From NCBI GenBank assembly GCA_043820815.1, contig JBDRDJ010000004.1, positions 14,956-78,955 on the forward strand: a stretch of 64,000 bases of DNA, in the 5' to 3' direction. Every line of letters begins with the position of its first letter. Within the stretch, counting starts at the first letter, position 1. A program made the translations under genes and the position numbers. The notes under the pieces were generated by a model that did no database searches, had not been told where the DNA came from, and worked only from the letters and a program-made list of their open reading frames with translations. Origin of the DNA: Candidatus Omnitrophota bacterium (GTDB taxonomy: Bacteria > Omnitrophota > Gorgyraeia > Duberdicusellales > 4484-171). Of this stretch, positions 36,972-44,838 are shown one piece after another.

Positions 36972-38036
36972 ATGGCTCAAGGTATTGAGAAGCTTGCAAA
37001 ACTATTGGCTGACTCCAAAATAACCGAAATAATGATAAACGGCCCCCAGGCTACATGGCTCGAACTTGGGGGTAAGAAGTTTAAAGTAGATGTCATTTTC
37101 AGCGAGGATGACGTTAAGGATATAATCGATGAGTATTTTACCAAAGTCGGGAAAACAATATCTTACTTTCATCCTTTTGGCGATGTTTGCCTTCCTGACG
37201 GTTCCCGTGTCAACATCATCCAGCATCCACTTTCGCGCTGCGGGACCGCGATAACCATAAGAAAATTTGACCGCGAACTGCATTCTTTAGACGACTTAGT
37301 TGTAAGGGGAACTCTAAACCAGAAGATGGCAGAGTTTCTAATTGCCTGTATAAGAGGAAGAATCAATATTCTTTTTTCCGGCGCAACTGGCTCAGGCAAA
37401 ACCACCACCATGGAGATGCTCTCTCATCATATACCCGAACAGGAAAGAGTCGTAACCATAGAGGATACCGCTGAACTTGTTCTCCATCAGGATAATTTGG
37501 TGCCCATGGAAACGCGCACTCCCGATGAGCATGGAAAAGGAGAAGTCAGCCTGCGTGACCTTATACGAAATGCTCTTCGCATGCGCCCGGACAGGATAAT
37601 CGTCGGCGAGGTAAGGGGGCCTGAGGCGCTTGAGATGATTCAGGCTATGTCCACCGGCCACAGGGGAACCTTGGCTGTAATTCACGGAAATTCCCCACAG
37701 GAGATAACAAGCAGGATGGAAACCCTGATACTTTCCTCAGGCATAAAGCTTCCCATTGAAGAAATAAGGCGTATGATCGGTAAAACCTTAAATATTATAA
37801 TCCAGCAGGAGCGTTCAGATGATGGTGTACGCCGTATAACTCATATTTCTGAAGTGCGCGGTGTCGAGCGCAATGAGGTCGGCCTCCAGGATTTGTTTAT
37901 CTTCCGCCGTGAAACCAAGGATCATGAAGGAAGAATCCAGGGCAAATTCAAGACCGTTATGAGAAATTATCCCCGTTTTTTCCCCGAATTTCAGCGTCTC
38001 GGCCTTCTTGACGATAAGGCCTTCTCCGATTATTAA
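36972..38036 (+). CDS. Second TadA/CpaF-family secretion ATPase (no N-terminal extension)
   Basis: ITEIMINGP, GATGSGKTT, VVTIEDTAEL, TGHRGTLAVIHGNS. Confidence 0.85.
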   Translation: MAQGIEKLAKLLADSKITEIMINGPQATWLELGGKKFKVDVIFSEDDVKDIIDEYFTKVGKTISYFHPFGDVCLPDGSRVNIIQHPLSRCGTAITIRKFDRELHSLDDLVVRGTLNQKMAEFLIACIRGRINILFSGATGSGKTTTMEMLSHHIPEQERVVTIEDTAELVLHQDNLVPMETRTPDEHGKGEVSLRDLIRNALRMRPDRIIVGEVRGPEALEMIQAMSTGHRGTLAVIHGNSPQEITSRMETLILSSGIKLPIEEIRRMIGKTLNIIIQQERSDDGVRRITHISEVRGVERNEVGLQDLFIFRRETKDHEGRIQGKFKTVMRNYPRFFPEFQRLGLLDDKAFSDY

Positions 38037-38085
38037 TCCCACCCTTTTTAAAAGTAACCGTTTCAATTTTTTTTCAATTTTACCT

Positions 38086-38180
38086 TGAAAAATGGTTACT
38101 TTATATGGTATAAATAAATGAAAAGAGGGTTTTGGGATACAACCAACCAAACCAAGGGGGCGAAGAGCCCCCTCTTTTTT
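38086..38180 (+). promoter_or_regulatory. Promoter-leader-terminator module P1
   Basis: TTGAAA 38086-38091, 18-nt spacer ending ATATGG, TATAAA 38110-38115, N3, ATGA. Weak terminator GGGGC-gaaga-GCCCC + T-run at ~38156-38180. Confidence 0.5.
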
Positions 38181-38293
38181 ACCAGGCTTTTTTAACTCCA
38201 TTAAGCCTACAAAATAAGTTAGATATACAAGAAAACCCTTGATTTTTTTGCGGGCTTAAGGTATCCTACATTGTTTATTATCCCAGGCTAATT

Positions 38294-39739
38294 ATGGCAC
38301 AAAAGAAAATCGAGAAATCAATCAAGAAATTGGTTATAAGAGAGAAGAAAAAAGCCCCTTATTTAGGGGTAAGGGAAATTTCCCGAATTATTAAGGAAAA
38401 ACATAATATCTCAGTTTCGAAGAGCGCAATCTCTAATATACTTTCCAACAAAGGTATAAGCGAGGGTAAGGGGCGAAAGCCGTCTTCTATCAGGTATGCC
38501 ACGCAAGAGAATTTGCAGTGCGGCCTTCTTCTTTTAAAAGCCTTGGATTCGCATATCGGTTTATTTAATGAAGCTGCCCGGCAATTAGCGGTTTATTTCC
38601 CGAAGCTGAAAATTGATAAGGTCCAGAAGCTATTAAACCTTGCTGTTTTTTCATCAATGGCCGGCGCAAACAATTCCCAAAACATAGAAAGAAAAGGACT
38701 GCTTAGCATATCGGGTTTGTATAAATTTCCCGCCTTGGCATGGGATAATTTAAATAGGGTAATTGAAAAATATAACCCTCCAGTGAGCCTTGCGGCGATG
38801 AAAGAAGACTTAAAGATCGCCTCATCGGTTAAGTTTATATTTTCTGACGGGTCAACCGGTTTTTGCGATGCTAAATTTTCAACTTTATGGGATGTGCCCT
38901 GCGGGGTTGAGGAGTTCTTTCTCCCTCTTAAATGGGTTCGCCAGCGGATTAGGCGGATGCTTGATGAAAAGACATTGATAATCGGCTACACAAAAAGTTT
39001 TGATCATCTATCCCCTCTTGTTTTAGACTTTATCCAGGGCATAAAAACCGGATTAAGCAAAATAGAAGTTTTGGGAGAAGATGATGAGGCCATATATGAA
39101 TTAAATGAAGAAATTTCCGGCATTACGCTTGCGTGCGGTTATGCCCCCAGAATTTTAGCAAAAGGCATGACTTTTCTTGCTAAACAGGGAAGGTTCCACA
39201 GGCATTTTTGGCAGGAGCTCGGCCAGATTTATACGGTTAAAATCCTTACAGAATTTTCTTGTCCCCAGAAAAAGCAGGCAATCAGATTGCCAAACATTCT
39301 TATAAAACATAAAATAGCGGCGCTTCCCGTATGGGGTGTTATCACAACGGAAAATATAAAAAGAAGGTCAAAAGACTTTACGCTTCTGATGAAAAGGTAT
39401 TTTTATTCCTGGCCTTATCCCCATGACACTTTTGAAGCCGATATGAAAATCATAGAGCAATCTCTTTTTGCTGTTGCGCAAAGCAGGGATTTTATACGTA
39501 AAATCATCCCCGACAACCTTACGATATCGGCTCTTTCTGACTTTAAAGTTTTGGGGTATCTTCTTATGCAGGTATTTCAGAAAATGATTGCAGAGGCAGA
39601 GCTCCTCAATAAAAAAGGCTCTTTTTCTTACCATAAGGAATTTGTCAAGGTATTTTTACCTTTATTAAATAAGGAAGTGAAAAAAAAGATTAACCGTTCA
39701 GGGCTGTATTTAGATGAGAAAAGAATATTTGTTACATAA
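38294..39739 (+). CDS. Hypothetical protein with N-terminal helix-turn-helix
   Basis: 481 aa; LGVREISRIIKEKHNISVSKSAISNILS HTH-like; no other motif recognised. Confidence 0.5.
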   Translation: MAQKKIEKSIKKLVIREKKKAPYLGVREISRIIKEKHNISVSKSAISNILSNKGISEGKGRKPSSIRYATQENLQCGLLLLKALDSHIGLFNEAARQLAVYFPKLKIDKVQKLLNLAVFSSMAGANNSQNIERKGLLSISGLYKFPALAWDNLNRVIEKYNPPVSLAAMKEDLKIASSVKFIFSDGSTGFCDAKFSTLWDVPCGVEEFFLPLKWVRQRIRRMLDEKTLIIGYTKSFDHLSPLVLDFIQGIKTGLSKIEVLGEDDEAIYELNEEISGITLACGYAPRILAKGMTFLAKQGRFHRHFWQELGQIYTVKILTEFSCPQKKQAIRLPNILIKHKIAALPVWGVITTENIKRRSKDFTLLMKRYFYSWPYPHDTFEADMKIIEQSLFAVAQSRDFIRKIIPDNLTISALSDFKVLGYLLMQVFQKMIAEAELLNKKGSFSYHKEFVKVFLPLLNKEVKKKINRSGLYLDEKRIFVT

Positions 39740-39800
39740 CATGCTGTTATCAAATATGTTATGGAATGCTGCTGCCTTAGGAAAGCTCTTAATTTCTCGT

Positions 39801-40093
39801 GAAAGCGTTTTCGCAATTAGCCGCTTTTTTTTAAAGTTAGCTTGAAATCGCACCCTCAGATATGGTATACTTATATGATTTCAGGGAGGCAACGATAAAG
39901 GTTCCTTGAGCTATACCCGGCTCAAGGAAACAAAGCCACGGGTCCCAAGAACACAGCTTACTTAACTCTTCTTAGAATCACATCTATTTAAAGCGGATTT
40001 TGCATTCGCAGACTCTATCTAAATACGAAAAAGGGATAACCGGGTTGCCGAAAAGTCTCTCATTGACTCATTCGGCAACCCGGTTTGTTATTT
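39801..40093 (+). promoter_or_regulatory. Promoter-leader module P2 ahead of the pilin array
   Basis: Upstream box GAAAGCGTTTTCGCAATTAG; TTGAAA 39842-39847, 18 nt, TGgTATACT (39866-39871), N3, ATGA. AAAGCCACGG at 39932-39941; 15-bp perfect hairpin 40038-40085 followed by TGTTATTT. Confidence 0.55.
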
Positions 40094-40105
40094 AGGGAGG
40101 ATTAG

Positions 40106-40450
40106 ATGAAATTAAGAAAATCACAATCAATACTCGAATATATAAGCGTTTCGATTGTATTCGCAGTTGTAGGCGTTGCTGCCTTTATCGCCGGCATCAA
40201 AGGCGCCGCCGACACATACCAGGGAACAACAGAAACTTATTTCTCTGAAAGCACCCTTATGGGAAAAACATTAGAAGACAAAGTTGATCAGGGCCAGTAC
40301 AAATGGCCGTCTAATTGGGCCGAGCACACTGATCAATTCGGCGGTTCTGTGCCCCAGGATCAAATAATCAATGACCCGGGCGAAAACAACGGTTATACCG
40401 CAGGCCAGGCCCGCGGCGAGCTTTACGAAATGCCAAACTGGAGCCGATAA
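40106..40450 (+). CDS. Flp/Tad-type pilin-like protein (a)
   Basis: AGGGAGG RBS; MKLRKS-QSILEY-ISVSIVFAVVGVAAFIAG. Confidence 0.6.
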   Translation: MKLRKSQSILEYISVSIVFAVVGVAAFIAGIKGAADTYQGTTETYFSESTLMGKTLEDKVDQGQYKWPSNWAEHTDQFGGSVPQDQIINDPGENNGYTAGQARGELYEMPNWSR

Positions 40451-40623
40451 TGAATAAGAAAAAAATTAAAGCCCAAAGCATTATGGAATACGTGGCATTA
40501 GTATTAATCACATCCGCGGCAGTATCGGCAATCGCGTTTTATGTTTCAAGAAGCATCGAGGTAAGAGTAAGGCATCTAAACCAGGAGTTAAACGAAGCCT
40601 CAAGAGGCGCAGGTAAGATATAA
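40450..40623 (+). CDS. Flp/Tad-type pilin-like protein (b), 57 aa, not in ORF track
   Basis: ATG overlaps the previous stop (TAATG); MNKKKIKA-QSIMEY-VALVLITSAAVSAIAFYVSRSIEVRV. Confidence 0.55.
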   Translation: MNKKKIKAQSIMEYVALVLITSAAVSAIAFYVSRSIEVRVRHLNQELNEASRGAGKI

Positions 40624-40634
40624 GAGAGGTCACA

Positions 40635-41030
40635 ATGAAAAATAAGCTAAAAAAAGGCATAAAAACCCAGAGCATCCTTGAATATATCGCTGTTTTAACA
40701 GCGGTTGTGATCGCAATTGTTGCCGGAACAGTTGGTCTAAGGCAGGGTGTTGATACAGGCTTAAGCCAGATACAGGATGAGGCGACGAATAATATCATGA
40801 AGCAGACTGAGCCTCCGGAGAATATTGCGAGCCAGGATTTCTATGAGCCCCCGGGAAATTTAAATGACCCCAAATGGAACGACCAAACAGATACTTACGG
40901 CGGTGCAGAATATAATCAGGGAGAGTATTATTTTCACCAGGGCGAAAGTGATATGGGCTATGTTAAGGAAGTGGAGAAGTCTCTTCCGGCTGTGATAAGC
41001 GGCAGTTTACCAGAGACAGAGATTAAATAA
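40635..41030 (+). CDS. Flp/Tad-type pilin-like protein (c)
   Basis: MKNKLKKGIKT-QSILEY-IAVLTAVVIAIVAG. Confidence 0.6.
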   Translation: MKNKLKKGIKTQSILEYIAVLTAVVIAIVAGTVGLRQGVDTGLSQIQDEATNNIMKQTEPPENIASQDFYEPPGNLNDPKWNDQTDTYGGAEYNQGEYYFHQGESDMGYVKEVEKSLPAVISGSLPETEIK

Positions 41031-41040
41031 GGGAGCAAAG

Positions 41041-41205
41041 ATGTTATTTAAACGCAAATCCCAAAGTTTCCTTGATTACGCGGCGTTGATAGCCCTTGTT
41101 TCACTATCTTTGATAGCCATGACCGGTTATATATTCAGCTCCATAAGAGCGCGCACACATCACGCCTGGGCTGATATATATGATCCGATAACCGGAGTTA
41201 GATAA
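41041..41205 (+). CDS. Flp/Tad-type pilin-like protein (d), 54 aa, not in ORF track
   Basis: MLFKRKS-QSFLDY-AALIALVSLSLIAMTGYIFSSIRAR. Confidence 0.5.
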   Translation: MLFKRKSQSFLDYAALIALVSLSLIAMTGYIFSSIRARTHHAWADIYDPITGVR

Positions 41206-41262
41206 TATATGTTTTTGAAGAATCTTTGTAAGATTAGAATAAAAATAGGGGAGGTGGATAAA

Positions 41263-41472
41263 ATGAGAGTTAAAAAAGCTCAGAGCATCTTAGAATATAT
41301 CATTGTGTTGTCAGCTATTATTGTTGCCGTAATTGCCGCGGCAAACGGGCCTATAAGAAATGCCATCAACCAGATGTTTACTGACTCCTCAGAGGTTATG
41401 ACAACCCAGACAGCTACATTTCTAAATAACGCAGGAAGAAACCCGGATGGCGATAATATTAACCAGCAATGA
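41263..41472 (+). CDS. Flp/Tad-type pilin-like protein (e)
   Basis: GGGGAGG RBS; MRVKKA-QSILEY-IIVLSAIIVAVIAA; 69 aa, closest in size to a classical Flp. Confidence 0.6.
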   Translation: MRVKKAQSILEYIIVLSAIIVAVIAAANGPIRNAINQMFTDSSEVMTTQTATFLNNAGRNPDGDNINQQ

Positions 41473-41529
41473 TTAAAAGTATACTGTCACAAGAAAAGCT
41501 ATGACAAAATAATTTAAGGAGGTGTCCCG

Positions 41530-41841
41530 ATGTTAGTAAAGATGAAAAAAGCACAATCAACGGCGGAATACGCAATTCTCTTTGCCTTGGTTGTAGCGGC
41601 GGCCATGGGAATACAGAACTATGTAAAACGCGGCCTTGAGGCCCGCGTGTTTGATGCAGTAAATGACTACGTTGCCACAACCGGCGGCCAAACCCTGCAA
41701 TACGAAGGAACAAGCGGTGAAAAAATAACGACTAATCAAAGACAGGAAAGGACATTTGTTGAGGATTTTGATAATCAGGATTCTCCGATTACCATAACCG
41801 AAGACATGAAAGCCGATCACACATCCTTCACACGTCAATAA
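41530..41841 (+). CDS. Flp/Tad-type pilin-like protein (f)
   Basis: AAGGAGG RBS; MLVKMKKA-QSTAEY-AILFALVVAAAMGIQNYVKRGLEARV. Confidence 0.6.
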   Translation: MLVKMKKAQSTAEYAILFALVVAAAMGIQNYVKRGLEARVFDAVNDYVATTGGQTLQYEGTSGEKITTNQRQERTFVEDFDNQDSPITITEDMKADHTSFTRQ

Positions 41842-41924
41842 GGCTTAAAGCAAAGGATTTGTTAAAACTTTTGACATAGAGCCAAAAGTTATTCCGATGG
41901 CAAAATTTTAAGGAGGTGTAAGAC

Positions 41925-42251
41925 GTGTTACAGAAAATGAAAAAATCACAAAGCACATTAGAGTATGCTCTTCTTATAGGTGTAGTCGTGGGAGCATTGC
42001 TTACCATGCAGACCTATATTAAAAGGTCAATCCAAGGAAGGTTGGTTACCGTAGGTGACCAGATAGGCGACCAGTATTCACCCGATTTAACCAAGCGCAA
42101 CGAGCACATGTTAGTAACCAACGACAGAGTTGTTGAAGCGACAACCGGAGGAGTTGCCGGTTTTATGGAAACAACTGTTGAGGGAGGCCGCACTGAATCT
42201 CAAACTAGAAGAGAGGTAAGCCCGCTTGACCAGGAGACCTTTGTTGAATAA
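41925..42251 (+). CDS. Flp/Tad-type pilin-like protein (g)
   Basis: AAGGAGG RBS, GTG start; MLQKMKKS-QSTLEY-ALLIGVVVGALLTMQTYIKRSIQGRL…GDQIGDQY. Confidence 0.6.
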   Translation: MLQKMKKSQSTLEYALLIGVVVGALLTMQTYIKRSIQGRLVTVGDQIGDQYSPDLTKRNEHMLVTNDRVVEATTGGVAGFMETTVEGGRTESQTRREVSPLDQETFVE

Positions 42252-42286
42252 GGCCCAAGCTAAGGATAATGCAAGGAAGGGTGATA

Positions 42287-42628
42287 ATGAGAATAAGCCG
42301 TAATAACACTATAAACAAACGGTTTAAGAAAGCCCAGTCTGTTTTGGAATATGCACTGTTAGTAGCAGTTTCCGTAGGCGCTCTTTTAGGCGCAGGAGCC
42401 TATATAAAAAGAGCTATGCAGGGCCAGCTTCAGGCAACCAGCGACCAGATGGCAGACCAATATGCAAACGGGCTTACGGATTTGCACGAGCAGTTCACAT
42501 CAGAATCAAGAACAGCCCAGGTAAAATGGCCGGGGCCGCTTGATACAGCCCGTTCAAAAGGGTCATTTTCAGCAAGATCAGAGCGCAAATCGCGGCCTTT
42601 AGATGAAACACAACCCTTTAATAATTGA
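42287..42628 (+). CDS. Flp/Tad-type pilin-like protein (h)
   Basis: …KRFKKA-QSVLEY-ALLVAVSVGALLGAGAYIKRAMQGQL…SDQMADQY. Confidence 0.6.
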   Translation: MRISRNNTINKRFKKAQSVLEYALLVAVSVGALLGAGAYIKRAMQGQLQATSDQMADQYANGLTDLHEQFTSESRTAQVKWPGPLDTARSKGSFSARSERKSRPLDETQPFNN

Positions 42629-42667
42629 AACGAATTGCGAAATACGAAATCACGAGGTAATCATTAG

Positions 42668-43369
42668 ATGGTTATGAAATTAAAGAAAAACCCTAAAAAA
42701 GCCCAATCTTTCTTAGAATACTCTTTTCTAATCGCAATAGCCGTTGTAACACTCCTTGCCATGGGTAGTTATTTATCAAGAGGCATGCAGGGCAATTTAA
42801 AACAGCACGTTGACAACTTAGGCGGTGAAAGAGTAACCGGAGATACCTTTACCCCGGGTAAGTGGTATGGCGACGGCGATTTCTCAAATGTGGCAAAAAT
42901 AACCAGCTGGGCTTTTGAATACGAAGGAAGAGAGGGTTTCTCAGTTATGACAGGAGGCATGAAAAGGAGCGATTTAAATAAAATTACAGGAACCGCTAAT
43001 TTAAATGAAGTCCCCGAGGCAAATATTAACTTTGAATCACAGCTTTCCGGAGAGGAAAAAGCCCTTGTCAATTCGGTATTCGGTTCATCGTTTGACCCCG
43101 GCATGGATGTTATGGTTAACAATGTAAATTCTCAAACTCCTCATTTCTCAAGCCCCAACGGCGGCATTGTTGAAATGGGCGAATTTGCCGCAGATAGCTT
43201 AAGTAACCAGGCAGTTGGTATTGTTGAAGAATACGTAACTCAACCTGACATTAACCAGGCTCAGCAGGATATTGAAACATTTAAAAACAACCCTGATTAT
43301 AACCCCGAGGACTTAACAGGTTTAAATTACGATGAATTAAATGTAGATGCAAGTGAGGCAGTCAAATGA
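42668..43369 (+). CDS. Flp/Tad-type pilin-like protein with a long C-terminal extension (i)
   Basis: …NPKKA-QSFLEY-SFLIAIAVVTLLAMGSYLSRGMQGNL; 233 aa. Confidence 0.6.
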   Translation: MVMKLKKNPKKAQSFLEYSFLIAIAVVTLLAMGSYLSRGMQGNLKQHVDNLGGERVTGDTFTPGKWYGDGDFSNVAKITSWAFEYEGREGFSVMTGGMKRSDLNKITGTANLNEVPEANINFESQLSGEEKALVNSVFGSSFDPGMDVMVNNVNSQTPHFSSPNGGIVEMGEFAADSLSNQAVGIVEEYVTQPDINQAQQDIETFKNNPDYNPEDLTGLNYDELNVDASEAVK

Positions 43370-43779
43370 AAACCATAAACAAAAAAGGAAATGCGATAGT
43401 CGAATACAGCGTCTTATTATTTATTGTTATCGGCTTTTTATCAAGCATGCATTATTTTTTAAACCGTCATATCCAGGCCCGCGTGCGCCATGAAACAAAT
43501 CAAAAGGTTCGCCGGCCAATGCCGTTTATATGGCAAAGCTCAGTTGAATTCAGCAGTCAAAAGGCAAACCACGACCGGAAAGAATATGCTTATGGCGATA
43601 CAATTGTTGAATCGGATTTCCAAACGTCTTATACTGTTTTAAGCGCGCCGCCGCCGCCAAAAGTGCCTTTACCAATTGCCAGCCTTCATATCCAGGATGC
43701 GGCAATGCCGGCACCGGGACAGTCAAATCCTGGACATAGACGCATGTCGCATGATGAGGGAACTAACCCTGAGGATTAA
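43366..43779 (+). CDS. TadE/TadF-like minor pilin candidate (j)
   Basis: ATGA overlap with the previous gene; MKTINKKG-NAIVEY-SVLLFIVIGFL…FLNRHIQARV. Confidence 0.5.
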   Translation: MKTINKKGNAIVEYSVLLFIVIGFLSSMHYFLNRHIQARVRHETNQKVRRPMPFIWQSSVEFSSQKANHDRKEYAYGDTIVESDFQTSYTVLSAPPPPKVPLPIASLHIQDAAMPAPGQSNPGHRRMSHDEGTNPED

Positions 43780-43797
43780 TAATTAAAGGAGTATAGA

Positions 43798-44376
43798 ATG
43801 AAAATAGAGTCTGTTAACAAATCACAAGCAATGGTTGAAATGGCTGTTTTAGGCACACTTCTGCTTGTTGCTGTTGGCATTGTTGTAACTTATGTTGCCA
43901 AGCTTAATAATGACCAGTGGGTGCTTATGCAGGCATTTAGAAGTGCCCTTGCTAAAGCTCATGATACAAATGAGATTGTTTCTTACGGAACTTGGGATGA
44001 CCGCAGAATGGCTTCGGTTAGCGAGCCCATTTTAGGCCAGAGAATTACATCAAGCGGTTCAGCAGTTGTTCATTGGTCAATTCCCAGCGTTGAAGGTTCA
44101 GGGGAGAGCCCGCAAGATAAAACTTATGTTAAAGTTAACGGTGGAATGATTCCTAAGCTTTATGAGTATGACCTTGGTTCAGGCCAAAGCGGAGGGGTTG
44201 AACCGATATATATAACAACAAAACATTCAAAAGTAACAATTGATACCCAGAATGATAAAACGCAATCTACCCGTTCAGCAGGAACCGCAGAAGCTATGAT
44301 TTATAAAATTGCAGAGAAAAACTATCCGCAGGCAAGGTATTCCGGAGCCTCACGCACCTTAACCGGAGGAAAGTAA
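43798..44376 (+). CDS. TadE/TadF-like minor pilin candidate (k)
   Basis: AAGGAG RBS; MKIESVNKS-QAMVEM-AVLGTLLLVAVGIVV. Confidence 0.5.
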   Translation: MKIESVNKSQAMVEMAVLGTLLLVAVGIVVTYVAKLNNDQWVLMQAFRSALAKAHDTNEIVSYGTWDDRRMASVSEPILGQRITSSGSAVVHWSIPSVEGSGESPQDKTYVKVNGGMIPKLYEYDLGSGQSGGVEPIYITTKHSKVTIDTQNDKTQSTRSAGTAEAMIYKIAEKNYPQARYSGASRTLTGGK

Positions 44377-44381
44377 GTGTT

Positions 44382-44502
44382 ATATCAAAAATCAAAAATT
44401 AAATATCAAAATGACAATGTAAAAATAAAATTTTTAAGATTGAGTCTAAACATTTTAAATTTTAATTTGTAATTTTGATTTTTGATATTTGATTTTTAAT
44501 TT
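44382..44502. repeat. AT-rich inverted-repeat element without cargo
   Basis: Left arm ATATCAAAAATCAAAA… pairs with right arm …TTTTGATTTTTGATAT. Right arm TTTTAATTTGTAATTTTGATTTTTGATATTTGATTTTT is ~40/43 identical to 45228-45270. Confidence 0.55.
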
Positions 44503-44517
44503 AAAATCGGAGGATAA

Positions 44518-44778
44518 ATGAAAAAGATAAGCTCACAAAGTTTACTTGAATCAGTCTTGGCATTTGCCGCGGCAACGGCGATAATAGGAGCGGCAATGGG
44601 TATTTTCGGCTGGGGCATTGCCCATATTCCCGCACGCCAGGCAACTTATGAGGCAACCCGCGTATTAGCCGGAAGGTCGCGGGGGCGCAATGTCGATGAG
44701 AGAGGCGCTCATGGCGGCGCATACGCAGTCCCGGTTTGGCCGACATACTCAACCGGCGCCGGATTGGCAGCCTACTGA
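44518..44778 (+). CDS. Pilin-like small protein (l)
   Basis: GGAGG RBS; MKKISS-QSLLES-VLAFAAATAIIGAAMGIFGW; GC-richer tail. Confidence 0.45.
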   Translation: MKKISSQSLLESVLAFAAATAIIGAAMGIFGWGIAHIPARQATYEATRVLAGRSRGRNVDERGAHGGAYAVPVWPTYSTGAGLAAY

Positions 44779-44787
44779 CAGGTTATT

Positions 44788-44838
44788 TTAAATTAAAAAT
44801 CAAAAATTAAAATGTAAAATGAAATATTAAAATTTAAA
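44788..44838. repeat. Left AT-rich inverted repeat of the four-helix-bundle cassette
   Basis: AAATCAAAAATTAAAATGTAAAA is the reverse complement of parts of 45220-45270. Confidence 0.5.

Noticed and set aside
38119-38196. Leader peptides starting at the conserved ATG of modules P1-P4
   Set aside because: The four ATG-initiated frames (25, 7, 6 and 17 codons) share no peptide conservation. The ATGA is more likely part of the promoter/initial transcribed sequence.
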